Source: Paraspadella gotoi (lineage: Eukaryota; Animalia; Chaetognatha). From it: a stretch of 64,000 nucleotides of DNA. Both the position numbers and the translations under genes were made by a program. The notes under the pieces were generated by a model. That model was not told the DNA's origin and did no database searches. It was given only the letters and a program-made list of their open reading frames with translations. This document shows positions 29,388-44,546 of this stretch, piece by piece; position 1 is the stretch's first letter, and each line of letters starts with the position of its first letter. The stretch covers positions 11,417,332-11,481,331 of the forward strand of contig CM119267.1 in NCBI GenBank assembly GCA_051294375.1, given 5' to 3'.

Positions 29388-31161
29388 GAATTGACATTTG
29401 CCTTCAAGAAAAGCGACGACGTGACAACGTGGACCAATGAATGACGCCACGTGACTGTGGCGTGTCCAATGAATGCTCGAATTTTTTTGGTATCTTTTTA
29501 TGTACTCGAGCTTCGTTTTTTAGAACAAGATTGGAAAATGATTTAATTGTATTATTTTTTGTGGCGTTGATTTTGAACAAAATTTGATGATAACTTTATG
29601 AGATGAAAGTTAAAAGCTTCTTATACTTGGTTTTCTTTTTTTATTGCAGATATAGATCGAGATAGATCGAGAAGTGCTATGAATTTAATGCAATCAATAT
29701 AAAAAATTATTCATTCATTTAATGAATAAGCTATCTGACTTTGAGCAGGTTATGGTTGGTTAAGGCTTCCACGCCTCTTACAAGATAATGAGTTATTCTT
29801 ATAGAACATACTCTGTAGTCAACAATAACAAATCATAAATAACCTTAATCCCATAACAAATTATCCTCTCCACCCCTTTCTGTTCAGACTTTTGGATATT
29901 TTGAATTTTCAATAAATGACCTCTTAACAAGAATGATGTCTAATATCTAATTAGAAAACTAGGGCAGAAAGTCACGTTCAACCTTGTGTTGATAGATGCT
30001 CCATTTTCAGAGGACAACTCTAGCATCCCTCTTCCCATTACATTATAAAAGATAATACAATATAAAGAATATAATTAAATATAGTATATAGTGAAATACA
30101 TTCAAATCTCTCTCTCTCATAAGATAAGGTAGCTTTTTAGGGCTGTTTAAAGTACANNNNNNNNNNNNNNNNNNNNNNNNNNNNNNNNNNNNNNNNNNNN
30201 NNNNNNNNNNNNNNNNNNNNNNNNNNNNNNNNNNNNNNNNNNNNNNNNNNNNNNNNNNNNNNNNNNNNNNNNNNNNNNNNNNNNNNNNNNNNNNNNNNNN
30301 NNNNNNNNNNNNCTCTCTCTCTCTTTCTCTCTCTTTTCCGTCGCCGCTTCATAATCTATGTATTAAAATCATATCTCCTTTTTTCAGTCTCATCAACCCA
30401 AACGCTCAGATTCTGTGTTTGGTCGTTGTTGTTGTCATTCGCGGTTAACGAGATTTCTTTTGCCTGAACTGAGAACAGGCTCGGGAGAAGAGACGGATCA
30501 AGAAAGTGAAGAATAATTAGAACGAGAATCTTGACTCAAAAGAACGATTGAGAAGGACAAGCTATAGTCTGATCAAATTTTAGAACTACTGGTGAGATGT
30601 GATTCTACGTATAAACTGCCCTGACCCCTCGCGATACTTTTAAGCTTACTTTTTGTATCGTTGCTTCGTCCCGTCCCCCCCTCCCGCGAATCGCCCGTGT
30701 ATTTCCCCATTACCAAATTCCGAGAATTCATGCCGACACATTAATTGCTTCTTAATAAACTGAGGGGGGAGAGGGGGGGAGAAGAACCCGCTCCGTTAAA
30801 CCGGTAAGGACTCGAAATTCTTCGGCATTACTTCCTAGCTCGGGTCGGCGAAAGAAGCAGCGCACCTTTTCGAGAGAGAACTCACCCGGTCGAGCCAGTC
30901 GAGCCGGTAAGTCCAATGAAGATTTAATTAATTTATCGCCGAAAACCGAAGTTTTCTTTTTCTTTTCTTTTCCCTTCTTTTCTTTTTTTTTTTTTTTTTG
31001 CAAAAGAATTCCCAGTTGAATTTATAATTTTATGTTGCGCAATTTAATAGCTGGCGTCTGTCCATTTTTTTTCATAAATATTATTTGCTTGAATAAAAAT
31101 GATCTGTGAGTAGATTTTGGCCGAATAAGCAGAACGATTCTCTGCTAGTTATCATCACGAT

Positions 31162-31181
31162 TGCAAAAATCCGAAAAAAAT

Positions 31182-31213
<32 letters not shown>

Positions 31214-31215
31214 GA

Positions 31216-31270
<55 letters not shown>

Positions 31271-34200
31271 AAAGAAAGTCGAAGCGGCGACTATCGACGG
31301 AAAAAAATATAATGATAGTTCATTTTTTGGGTGACTTATTGCACCATGAAATCCAGTCGGTGCTTATGATGCGTGAACGTGAAGAAGACTGAGGGAGTTT
31401 GCGAAGAACGTGGAGGAGGAAGTGGAGGAAGAGGAGGAGGAGGAGGAGGAGGAGGAAAGGGGAAAAAGGAGGAAAGGAAAGAAGAGGACGGGGATCCAGT
31501 CTAGTCGCGGTTCTCGATTTCGCGCGTGGTGGCGAAAATAAAGAAGAGACTCTTTTTCTCCTTATATTTTATTCTTTATCTTTTTGTTCTTTTTCTTTTT
31601 TTTTTCTCTTTTTTCACTTCTTTTTATCGTATCTCTTTTTCTAAATTATTTATTCCTTGTTCACATTTTTCCATTTGCGATTGATCCTTAATTGTTGAAA
31701 TTTATGACATTATCTTTTTATTTTTAGTGCAATTAGTCTTGCTCAATGCTCATTAAGGCGTAGTGAAAGTTACATACGAAAATTCTAAAAGTCAATTATG
31801 AACACATACCATCAGTGAACATTAATTTGTAAAAAAAATAATTTGATGTTTTTAATTTCGCAGTAGGCTATATTATATATAGTACTATCCTTATAAATCG
31901 AAAAAATTTCAAATGGGCTTTTCTTAATTTTGATTGCAGATTTGAAATTCCTCATCAAAAGTGATAAAGAAAATATAAATCTTTTTTTAAAAATTATTTA
32001 TTAAGCGAGTTAAAAATTAAAAAACTATTTAATATATAAAAAGTTTATTTTCAGTTTAAAAATATAGCTTTTTCTAATTTTTGACCCACTTAATGAAAGA
32101 GTTTTTCAAAAAGAGTTAATTTCTTTTTATCAACTTTTTATGACGAATCCAAATCTGCAAAAAAATCTTAGAAAAAAACTGTTTTGAAATTTTAACATTT
32201 ATTGGTTTAGTACTAGTATAAAATGCCTACTGCGTAAATTGTTAAATTTATTATAAATTTTTTAATTATATAAATGTTCATTAGTTATAATGTGTTCGTT
32301 CCTCACTTTTAGAATTTAATTAAAGTAAATTTAGAAATTTTACTACGCCTTAATGCTCATATAATCGTTGAATGTCAAATTTTGTTTCTTTTATCGTTTT
32401 ATCTTTTTATCTTTCTATCGTTTTATCTGTCAAATTGTTTCTTTTATTTCAGGAAAAAAAACTCTTTATTTCATTTTCACTATTTCTACAGATTTTAAAC
32501 TGAATTATGTTCCTTTTTCATTTTACTAATTTTTTTTTTAACTTTCCTTTCAATAGTTCTCCCCGATTTCTTTTCCATCTCTCATTCCTCATTTCCTCTC
32601 CATCGCCAATTTCCATTTTTTTCCCCTCTCCCCCCCCTCCACCTCCCCCCCGCACTTTTCTTCCCGCTGTTTTCCCCCCCCCCGCTCTCTCTCTCTCTCT
32701 CTCTGTTTTCTTTTCCTTATCTTTTCCTTTTCTCCTCCTCCCGCATTCACTTTCGCCGGCGCAAACCGTTATTTCCATTTCTTCGGAAAACAGTCGATAA
32801 AAAACGGAGTATAATTTATCTTGATTCACGAGGTTTTTTTTGGTTCCGCGCCAGAATAATATCAAGCTTTTCTTCTATGAGGGAAATAAAGGGAGCTCGT
32901 TCTTTTATTAGAAAGAGGAGCGGCGTGGACAGAGATATTTCGAGAGGTAACGTAACACCAGACTACGAGGAGATATAACTTTATTGTGGTTAATTCAGGG
33001 CCAACGTTCTATTATTACGTTTAATTGACGATTGAGGCAAATTCAGGGGAGAAATTGAATGGCGAAATTGGTACAACCAATAAAAAAAATATTCATTTAA
33101 TAAATAATAAATAAGCTATCTTGCCCGTGACTTTGGACAGGCCTTGGTGGTTTAAGCCTCCATCACTTTTCCAAGATAATGACATACAGGTCTCTGCAAA
33201 TTTTCAATCAAGACTCTATTACAATCTCGTTAACTTTAGTTACTAAGCAACTATAAATAACTAATGTAAGTAAATTAATGGACTAACTAATTAAAATCCA
33301 CAAAAAGGAATCACAAGATTAGTTGGACCACAACGACGGGATAGGGCCTCGTTTTCTTCGACGCTTTGAAATATACCGTGNNNNNNNNNNNNNNNNNNNN
33401 NNNNNTAATTTACTTACATTAGTTATTTATAGTTGCTTAGTAACTAAAGTTAACGAGATTGTAATAGAGTCTTGATTGAAAATTTGCAGAGACCTGTTAT
33501 GTCATTATCTTGGAAAAGTGATGGAGGCCTTAAACCACCAAGGCCTGTCCAAAGTCACGGGCAAGATAGCTTATTTATTATTTATTAAATGAATATTTTT
33601 TTTATTGGTTGTACCAATTTCGCCATTCAATTTCTCCCCTGAATTTGCCTCAATCGTCAAATTGAAACGTAATAATAGAACGTTGGCCCTGAATTAACCA
33701 CAATAAAGTTATATCTCCTCGTAGTCTGGTGTTACGTTACCTCTCGAAATATCTCTGTCCACGCCGCTCCTCTTTCTAATAAAAAGAACGGAGCTCCCTT
33801 TATTTCCCTTCATAGAAGAAAAGCTTGATATTATTGCTGGCGCGGAACCAAAAAAAAACCTCCGTGAATCAAGATAAATTATACTCCGTTTTTTATCGAC
33901 TGTTTTCCGAAGAAATGGAAATAAACGGTTTCGCCGGCGAAAGTGAATGCGGANNNNNNNNNNNNNNNNNNNNNNNNNNNNNNNNNNNNNNNNNNNNNNN
34001 NNNNNNNNNNNNNNNNNNNNNNNNNNNNNNNNNNNNNNNNNNNNNNNNNNNNNNNNNNNNNNNNNNNNNNNNNNNNNNNNNNNNNNNNNNNNNNNNNNNN
34101 NNNNNNNNNNNNNNNNNNNNNNNNNNNNNNNNNNNNNNNNNNNNNNNNNNNNNNNNNNNNNNNNNNNNNNNNNNNNNNNNNNNNNNNNNNNNNNNNNNNN

Positions 34201-36754
34201 NNNNNNNNNNNNNNNNNNNNNAAAGTTAAAAAAAAAATTAGTAAATGAAAAAGGAACATAATTCAGTTTAAAATCTGTAGAAAATAAGTGAAAATGAAAT
34301 AAAGAGTTTTTTTNNNNNNNNNNNNNNNNNNNNNNNNNNNNNNNNNNNNNNNNNNNNNNNNNNNNNNNNNNNNNNNNNNNNNNNNNNNNNNNNNNNNNNN
34401 NNNNNNNNNNNNNNNNNNNNNNNNNNNNNNNNNNNNNNNNNNNNNNNNNNNNNNNNNNNNNNNNNNNNNNNNNNNNNNNNCAAACGATATATGAGCATTG
34501 AGCAAGACTAATTGCACTAAAAATAAAAAGATAATGTCATAAATTTCAACAATTAAGGATCAATCGCGAAATGGAAAAATGTGAAACAAGGAATAAATAA
34601 TTTAGAAAAGAAGATACGATAAAAAAGAGAAGTGAAAAAAAGAGAAAAAAAAAGAACAAGAACAAAAAAGATAAAGAATAAAATATAAGGAGAAAAAGAG
34701 TCTCTTCTTTATTTTCGCCACCACGCGCGAAATCGAGACCGCGACTAGACCTGGATCCCCGCTCCTCTTCTTTCCTTTCCTCCTTTTTCCCCTTTCCTCC
34801 TCCTCCTCCTCCTCCTCCTCCTCTTCCTCCACTTCCTCCTCCACGTTCTTCGCAAACTCCCTCAGTCTTCTTCACGTTCACGCATCATAAGCACCGACTG
34901 GAATTTCATGGTGCAATAAGTCACCCAAATGAAACTATCATTATATTTTTTTCCGTCGATAGTCGCCGCTTCGACTTTCTNNNNNNNNNNNNNNNNNNNN
35001 NNNNNAACACACCCCACACACACCCACATATATATATATATACTAAAGTTAACGAGATGTAATACGAAGTTCTCTGAGAACATGAGACAATGTAAAACGA
35101 GACCTGTATGTCATCTATCTTGGAAAGTGATAGGAGGCCTTAAACCACCAAGGCCTGTCCAAAGTCACGGGCAAGATAGCTTATTTATTATTTATTAAAT
35201 GAATATTTTTTTATTGGTTGTACAATTGTCGCCATTCAATTTCATCCCCATGAATTTGCCTCAATCGTCAATGTAAACGTAAAATAAACGTTGGACCTGA
35301 ATTAACCACAAAAAGTTATATCTCCTCGTAGTCTGGTGTACTTACCTCTCGAAATATCTCTGTCCACGCCGCTCCTCTTTCTAAATAAAAGAACGAGCTC
35401 CCTTATTTCCCTCATAAGAAGAAAAGCTGCTATTATTCTGCGCGCGGAACCAAAAAAACACCTCCGTGAATCAAGATAAATTATTACTCCGTTTTTTATC
35501 GACTGTTTTCCGAAGCAACATGGAAAAACGTTTCGCCGGCGAAAGGAATGCGGCGAGGAGGAGAAAAGGAAAAATTAAGGAAAAAGAAAACAGAAGAGAA
35601 GAGAGAAGAGAGCGGGGGGGGGAAACAGCGGGAAGAAAAGTGGCGGGGGGGAGGTGGAGGGGGGGGAGAGGGGAAAAAATGGAAATTGCGCGATGGAGAG
35701 GAAAATGAGGAATGAAAGATGGAAAGAAAATCGGGGAAAACTATGAAAGGAAAGTTTAAAAAAAAAATTGTAAAATGAAAAAGGAACATAATCAGTTTAA
35801 AATCTGTAGAAAATAAGTGAAAATGAAATAAAGAGTTTTTTTTCCTGAAATAAAAGAAACAACTTCTGACAGATAAAACGATAGAAAGATAAAAAGATAA
35901 AACATACAACAGAAACAAATTTGACATTCAATAGAGCATAGGCGTAGTAATATTTTTATAAAAGTAGGACGACATTATAACAATGAATTTAAAAATTATA
36001 ATTTAAATACGCGTACATATACGTACTAAACATAAGTTAAAACAACGTTTTTAAATTTTTAATTGATTATAAAAGGATAAAAGTTTTTTGAATCTTTATT
36101 AAGTGTAATTGAACTATTACTAAAAACTAATATAAAGTTTAATCGTAATAATAATTTAAAAGTTATTTTCATCACTTGGGCACTGCAAAATTAAGAAACC
36201 ATGATTGATAGAATCATAATAATAGCTGGAAATAAAAACAAATTATTTTTTCAAAGTTCAGAGGATGTCAAATTACTTAGATGATGACTTTCACCGCCTA
36301 ATAGCATGAAAGACTAATGCATAAAAATAAAGATAAGATAATTCCAATTAGGATCACGCAATGGAAAAATGAACAGAATATTGAAAAAGAGAACGATAAA
36401 AAGAATGAAAAGAGAAAAAAAAGACAAAAAAGATAAAGAATAAATATAAGGAGAAAAAGAGTCTCTTCTTATCTTTCGCCACCACGCGCCGATCGAGATA
36501 GCCGCGACTAGACCTGCGCTCCCGCTCCTCTTTCTTTCCTTTCACTCCTTTTCCACCTTTCCTCCTCCTCCTCCTCCTACCTCCTCTTCTCTCCACTTCC
36601 TCCCTCGCACGTTCTTCGCAATACTCCCTCAGCTCTTCTTCACGTTCACGCAATCATATAGCACCGACTGAATTTCATGGTGCAATAAGTCACCCAAGAA
36701 ATGAACTATCATTATATTTTTTTTCCGTCGATAGCGCCGCGTTCGACTTTCTTT

Positions 36755-36806
<52 letters not shown>

Positions 36807-36879
36807 ATCTCCTCTCTCGTCACCTCCTCTCTCTCTCTCTCTCTCTCTCTGCCCTCTCTCATTTTTTTTCGGATTTTGC
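31162..36879. repeat. ~2.1-kb segment present three times: forward (31162-33277), inverted (33406-34980) and inverted noisy (35041-36879)
   Basis: Reverse-complement identity can be followed along the whole length. Copies are separated by N gaps and the third is full of small deletions. Confidence 0.92.
31754..32352. mobile_element. hAT-type MITE (599 bp) with 8-bp target-site duplication
   Basis: TIRs TAAGGCGTAGT / ACTACGCCTTA; TSD ATGCTCAT at 31746-31753 and 32353-32360; long imperfect internal palindrome. Empty site with a single TSD at 34491-34498 in the inverted copy. A right-end fragment of the family lies at ~48630-48702. Confidence 0.85.
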
Positions 36880-39610
36880 CCTTGAATATTCTCGTTTTCA
36901 AAACACACACATTCATACTCACACAAAAAATGTAGCGTTTTCTTCACTAAAAAGAAGCAAAAATTTTTTTGAAATGGAAAAAACTAACAAGATTCTCATC
37001 CGGAGAAAAATGATCTAAAACGAGGCTCGAGTCTCTGAGTCGAAAAAAAAAAGGAATGCATTATTCATAAAGAAATCGCGATATTCGTATAACTGGAAAA
37101 AAAAGAAAGAAAAAAAAAAGAATGAAAGAAGAAGAAGAAAAAAATTAACGAGTCGTTTTTCAACGCCGCCGCCGCCATCGTCCGCCGCTACCGCCGCCAT
37201 ATTTCGAGTCTTCCGCCCAAAAATAGCGACGCGGGGTGGCGGGGGCAGGGAGGGCGGGAATCGAACGTTAGACTTTCGACGTTGAAGATTCGCCCGGTCG
37301 AGTGTGTAAAACTTTTCGCTGATCGAAAGAACGCAGTCAGGAAGAGTGAGGGCTTTGTGATTCAAATGTCGTTGGTGTCGGTGGAATGTGCTTTTTGTGA
37401 CTTACTTCGGGGTTTGGCGTGGTTTTAAAACTGTGAAGACAACTGTTGGTCAGTTATTGGTCAGTTATTGGTCAGTCATTGACAGCAATGGGATATGGTT
37501 TCGTCATCGCGAATGATTTTTGTCTGTGACCGAAGATTAAATATCAACTACTAATTGTGGCCTCGACCTTGATGGAAAGAATTGAGTCAGGTTAAGTTGC
37601 TGTAAATATAAAATTGATGAGTCCCATTGAGCCGGAAGAGGGCGAAGAATAAGAGACATATACTCACCGCGTCGACCCCAGTGAGATCGATTTCGACTTC
37701 ACTTGGTGAATATAAACGGCTACCGGGGTCACAATCGGATTTGGTCGTCGATCATTTTCGCGTCTCCTTCATTTATAATTTCGATCTTCGTTCGACGACT
37801 GACGACAAAACAGTAATAACAAAAATTGCTTATTATCTCTCTCTCTCTCTCTCTCTATCTTCTCATCCGCTCTCTTCTCTTCGATCTTCTCTCTCTCGCC
37901 ACTCTTTCTATCTCTCTCGTCTGGTCCTATTTCCACTCTCCCTTTCTCTTTATATAAAAATGATTTTAATGAAAACTGTGATCGGGGATTTCCAAATTCC
38001 GACAAAAGAACCATCTTTTTTTTCCAAGTCGTCCCTGTTAATAACGAGTTAAGAGGCGACCCAGCGTCCTCGTCGTCCTTCGGTCTCGCTTCCCCTTTCA
38101 TCACAGCATTCCTCAATGGCCGTCCTGCCTTCTTCTCTCTCTCTCTCTCTTCATATCTCTCGTCTCTCTCTCTCTCTCTCTGGCTCTCTGAGGGCATATA
38201 CTGTGAACCTTGTCGGACCAAATTCGTCGATCTATTGTTTTCGCCGGTGCCGCTATTGTTTTCCCTCGGTCCGCGGCTCATGCTCGGCGGACGCCGTCGC
38301 CGAACCTGACCCCGACGGGTGCATTCTCTTCTTTCTCTTTCTTCTCTTTCGATCCCGCGGAATCCGGACATCAATAGGGAGCGATCGCGGACAGGGATTT
38401 CCGCCGATTTGATGCTAATTAAGAGATTAAAAATATGATTTTTTAATCATATTGTATTGAACCTGAGTTCGTAGGAGGTGGCCTGTCGTTGACAACTAAC
38501 TTCAAAGGCTAATATGTGAAATTTTTTTTAAAATCAGCTTATTGGTTAAACCAACCACCACACACAAACTAAAGTAATTTTGTTGTGTTTTGCCAAAGAC
38601 CCTATTTCCTTTAAAGGAGGTTATGTTCTAAAAATATTTTTTATTAGAATGAATAAACAAAATCTTAATTTTTTTTCTCTTGTCTAGTTGAAGCCAGTTG
38701 TACAAAACTTTTAAAAAGTGTAACAATTACATTTATAGACAATGTACAAATAAAAATACATTTTTAAATATAAAATCAGACATAAATATTGCGAGAAGCG
38801 CACAAAGGGGAAAAATTAAACATACAACTTTACTGACAATATTCAGGAATTGAGCGAAGTTTATTTTTAAAATACAATAAACATTGTTTATTATTTTCGC
38901 ACGCAGTTTTTGGCTTTGCATAACAAACCATTGCATTAAAGTTTTTTTTAATTCACTGTTCCGTTGCTCGATAGCTAGTGTTCACATTTTTCAATGTTCC
39001 GGATAGAAGGGAAAGAATCATATCCACGGGAACAATTGTGAATTTTTTATATGCACCTTATGCAATAACTAGTCGTCCGGTTTTTCAAGAAATTTGCCGA
39101 TCCCGGTTTCAAGGTAGACCAACTCATAGTTTTCTATACCACCCAAAGGGTAGTCGCGGCAAGAAAACATTCATTCGTTCAGTTTGCTTATCGATTATCT
39201 TAGTTTATTTTAAAGTAGCATTTTTTTCCAGGAAAGAGTAATTTTTAGAGTTTTCAACCAAAAAACATTTTTAATGGAGAGTCACGCGTCGATTAATTGC
39301 AACATTATTTTTTCCAAATCGATAATAAGTAAGCGCGACAAAAACATTATCACTTGGTGTCACTGCATCGACTGATGTCTTGAATGTATTTTTTTTTATT
39401 TGTTTTGAGACATGTTTTGATTTTCATTTAAAAGTTTATTGTAAAAATGAGAGGGATCCAATAATAAGAAGAATAATTTGGCAAAAGAGCCTGTATGTAA
39501 AAAATAATTATTGTTTGATCGCAAAAATATTGTTTTCGTTATGTTGTGTTGTTTGTTATTCATCTTGTTTCAAAAAAGAGCATTCGGAACGATCGACTGA
39601 AAACATATGC

Positions 39611-39642
<32 letters not shown>

Positions 39643-40001
39643 GTTGTTGGGGTCACAAATACACTTGTCTCCGGACGTCGTCCTATTGATCCGCGATTTC
39701 TCTCTGATCAGAGATAATTTCTCCCGATCCGCAACCTTGAGTCCCGGCGGCAAAGGATTGGCCGGCCGACGTGGACCGGCCATGGTGAACCAAAAGCTCG
39801 GTGGCCGGACACCATGGCTTCCTCGCCGCAAATCCCGAGTATACCCATGCTCTCTCTCACTCTCTCTCTCTCACTCTCTTCTCTCTCACTCTCTCCACCA
39901 CTCTCTCTCTCTCTTTCTCTCTCTCTCTTTCTCTTTCTCACTCTCACTCTCTCTCTTCTCTTTCTCTCTCTCTCTCTCTCTCTCACTCTCTCTCTCTCTC
40001 A

Positions 40002-40057
<56 letters not shown>

Positions 40058-40068
40058 ACTCTCTCTCC

Positions 40069-40125
<57 letters not shown>

Positions 40126-40149
40126 TCCTCTCCTCTCTTTCTCTCTCGT

Positions 40150-40198
<49 letters not shown>

Positions 40199-41039
40199 TC
40201 TCTCTCGTAACACAAAAAAAAGCGGTGAAAGTGTTTTAGCTCTGAGAAAATGTGGGGGGATCTGTCCTGACAGGTGTTTTAAAGGAAACGTCATTTATGT
40301 TTTAAGAATTCCGCTTGGATCCGCGAATAAAAGGCGAAACTTTTTTTTCGGAGAACATGGCGGTTAATTTTTTTATAAAAAGGAGACGACAAAATGGTTT
40401 TTTTTGGGGTCAGAAACGTCGCTATATTTTTTTACCCCAATTAGATTTATTGAAATTCTAGTGGTTGTCAAACTTTTGTATTGGAATTCGTGCGACATTA
40501 AAGTTTCTAACATTCGCGGTACTTTTGTACAACTGCGAAGCCTGGCTCGGTTGAAGCAGAAAGTAAATGAATCAGAGAACGGAAATAAAAAATGAATTAA
40601 AAAATGAATTCGGCGAAATTGCGACCTGATTCGACGAATTTTCCACGACTCGTAACAGAGAGAGAGAGAGAGAGAAGAGAAGAGAGGAGGAGACCCCATT
40701 CATTAATTTTTTCGCCTCAACCCGTCCATGAAATCTCGCTCCGTTCATTTTATTTTTCGCCAATATTTTAATTAAAACNNNNNNNNNNNNNNNNNNNNNN
40801 NNNGACGAGAGAGAGGAGAGAGAAAGGGAGACTAGAGAGTGAGAGAGAGAAAGAGACGCGAGAGAGAGAGACGAGAAAGAGATCGAGAGAAGCAGAGAGA
40901 GAGAAAGAGACGAGAGAGAGGCGGAGAAAGAGAGAGAACGAAGAGAAGAGACGAACCGGAGCAGAGAGAGGAAAGAGAGAGAAGAGAAAGATCGAGAGAG
41001 ACGAAACAGATGGGACGAAAGCGAGCAGACCGAGAGGGA

Positions 41040-41070
<31 letters not shown>

Positions 41071-42177
41071 ATTGAACCCTCGGCGTGTGAATCTTTGAGG
41101 CGCTTTTTTTTTCCGCGCTACAGAGATTAAAAAAACATGAAGCGTAAACGACGACTTTTTTTTTCTTCTCTGTTTAGATTCATCCTCTCGCGCTGCCCTC
41201 TTTGGGGAAAAAGGGGGCGCAAATATTATCTCGCTCATTATATCAAAACAAAAGATCGCCGGCCAGCGCGGAGGGCGAGTTTTAAGGGATGCGAGGGCCA
41301 GAGGTGGGGAGAAGGCGTGTTCGGGTGAGAAGGGAAACCAGAGGCGGGGCGTTATCTCTGTGAGGATGGAAAGATAGTGATTCCATCTATGCTTGTGAGA
41401 GAGTGGATCGGTGGCTTCGTGTTGCGGGTGAAGGGCTGGGTGGGTGAGCTGGTCGAGGTGGTCTGTTGCGGCGGCATCGAGTCGTTGAAAACATTTCATG
41501 TTCAAAAGGCGCAAAAGGCTTCGAAAGGGCAACGGAGGAAAAGAAGAGGAAAAGAGAGGGTGGCGGGAGGGGGGGTGGAAAATCGGATAAAGTGCGGAGA
41601 CAGATTAAGAGAGGGCGAGAATCAGAAAGCGGCTTCAGATCGAGACCTCTGTATTTAGCGGAGACAGTGGCATTGAGGCCCCAGACAAAAATGAAAGCGT
41701 TTAGAAATCTCGAGATGCTGTCAGATTGCAGGTTTCACTTTGAATGTTAAAAGGATTGCTCTGTTTGTGTCGGGCGAAGAAACATTCGTGAAGATTTATC
41801 ATCGGATTTTATTCATTGACAAATAAAACATTTCAGTACGTATCTATTCACCTTATGATTCATTGATTGATAAAATGTTTATAAAATGTTTAGAATGCCT
41901 GCTTTTAAAATTTTTTTTTCGCCAGATCATAATTTTGTTTTCTGTGTCGTCGTATGTGAATCGCATTTATAAGCAATTCTGTGATTACTTTTCCAGATAT
42001 GACTGAAATTTTCCCAAATGGTCTTCAAGACGGACGTGGCAACGCAAATATTATAACTGACCAATTAAAAAAATATATTGAGACGCTACATAAAGAAAAC
42101 AAAATTTTATTGCTAGCTGTTTCCCGATGCTTAATCGCGCAGTAGGAATATCAACTAGAGAGGAGAGGAGAGAGAGA

Positions 42178-42208
<31 letters not shown>

Positions 42209-42209
42209 C

Positions 42210-42243
<34 letters not shown>

Positions 42244-43417
42244 TGAGAGAGATGGCAAGATTAATGATTAATGTTCAAGAGTTGGATTTAGGAGTTTAGC
42301 GTCTCATCGTCTCCGTGTACGTCTCTCGAATAGTAAGCCAAAGGAAAAGAGAGAGAGAGAGAGAAGGAGAGTGAGAGAGAGAGAGACCACGAGAGAGAGA
42401 GAGATGAGAGAGGAAAGAGAAGAGAGAGAGAGTCGTCAAGTTTCTGGGAAGGAATGCCGAGATTCCTTCACCGCGACGACGCAGTTCAAAAATTATGGGC
42501 GGAAGCGGCGCGATAACGGCGAACGACGACGAAGACGACGACGACAACGACGACGACGACGAAGACAGTAACGATAACGACGATCGAGACGGCGATAATG
42601 GAGGACGGGTGGGGGATTGATGAGAAAGAAAGGACGACGACGAGGGACGAGGAAGCAGAGAGACGAACGTGACGAGACGACGATAAAGACGACGACTCCG
42701 ATGACGATAACGTTGACGACGTCGAAACTTTAATGATTTCCAAGAAATCAAGGATGGCAAAACAAATGAACAAAGAACAAGGGAACGCAGACGATTAAAA
42801 ACGAAGGGGAGACGATTAAACAGAGAAGGAGACGACGACGACAACAACAACAACAAAATCGCGAAAGAAAAGAGTAAGATGGGCGACTGTTAAAGGTTTA
42901 TCTTGTTTTTGTTTTTTCCCCTTTTGTTTTGTGAGAAAAACTTCATTTCGAAACATAAATCTAAGAAAAAACGAGGAAGAAAATACCTCGATAAAAACAG
43001 AACGATGATCATAATAACAACAACGGAGAACTCCAAAACAAAAACAAAAGAACAGCGACAAATGAATAAAACTTTCGTCGAAGACGTTGAAAAATTAGAA
43101 AAGAAAATTAAAAAAAAAGAAGAAATAAACGAACAAACGAGATCAGGATGAAAACTTGCGCATATATTTTGCAACGACGTAAAATATGCTTTATTTTGTA
43201 AAACAAGTAATCTTGTGATTTTTAAACTTTTACAATATGATTTAACCTTGAATCAAAAAGAGAAAATAAAAACAGACAAAATACTATTAGCATAATCGAA
43301 AAACACAATAAATAACGATAAAAAAAAAAAGTTTGATCGCTGACAAAATTCGCCTTCCGATCGCCCCGTCGGCAGGAAGATTGGAAAGAGCAGAAGACGA
43401 AAGCACAACGACAACGC

Positions 43418-43460
<43 letters not shown>

Positions 43461-43765
43461 ATACGCAGACAAATTGAGAATTGCCTCGACGCAAAGAGAT
43501 GCGGACCGATCTGCGCGGGATTTTGTGGATTACCCGGACGAAAATTGAGAGACGGCGGGTTGGCGGGGAATCGGCGGTGGGCGGTCGGGCAAGGCGCTTG
43601 GGGGGGGGGACCAGTCTTTGAAGGGTGCCGGTGTCTTTCCAAGACGAGCGAATTCAGGTGGTTCGTGAAATATAAAAGTCGAATGGGTGAGGCCAGGGAG
43701 AGTTTCGCTGAGTAAGTTTCATAGCGTTGAAGGAGCAAAGCTTAAGCGTTGGGGAAGGGGGGGTG

Positions 43766-43872
43766 GAGCGGGAGCGGGAGCGGGAGCGGGAGCGGAAGCG
43801 GAAGCGGAAGCGGGAGCGGAAGCGGGAGCGGAAGCGGGAGCGGAAGCGGGAGCGGAAGCGGGAGCGGGAGCG
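43766..43872. repeat. (GCGGGA/GCGGAA)n hexamer microsatellite
   Basis: Direct observation, about 17 units. Confidence 0.95.
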
Positions 43873-44416
43873 GGGCTGATTCCGGCAATGGCGTCCGCGT
43901 CGGTGGATGCGAAGGAAGAAGCGACGATCTCTCGTTTCACTTTCTATGGTTTTTCGGTCTCGTCGAGAATCTTCGCCTCGACTTGGTTTTCGACGCTTTT
44001 ATGTGTGGCGATATTATATATTATCATACATGTTGTATAATAAAGGATTGAAGGAGTAATTTAAAAACAAATAAGTTATTGCATTAGTTTTTCATGTTCC
44101 GATCAGCTTCGGCACAAACGAATTTTTATTTGAATCGCGGCCAAAGCTTCGGTTTAATTTCTCCGACGAATTCTTCTTCATCATTATTATCCGACATCTC
44201 AATTATCATCTTCATAGAATACGGCAAAGAGGTTGGGACCTCCTCGGGCAGATAGATGCCTGTTGTTTTTTTCTAAGTCTCTCCGTTCTGCACTGAGACC
44301 CGAGAGCCTACCTTTTCGCCGAATCCATCGTTATTCATCATTAACCCTCCTCCATCTTTCTCCATCCGTCTTCCTCCATCAAACTCTCTTTCTCTTCTTC
44401 TCCATCATTTTGTATC

Positions 44417-44546
44417 GACTTCCGGTTTGGAGCGTCGGAAGTGGGAAGATCCTTTGATTGGCGCCGTCCGGATCTTTGCGGTCTGAGATTCCGGTGCTCG
44501 TGGAAACCTCCGGCGTCCGGTAGCCGAGGAAAATTAACTTCCGGTT
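44417..44546. promoter_or_regulatory. ETS-motif/CCAAT cluster, promoter-like
   Basis: ACTTCCGGT twice, CGGAAGTG, a further TTCCGG and a reverse CCAAT (GATTGG) within 130 CpG-rich bp. Confidence 0.3.

Noticed and set aside
43687-44051. Silk-like GA/GS repeat protein
   Set aside because: A hexamer microsatellite with no supporting exon structure.
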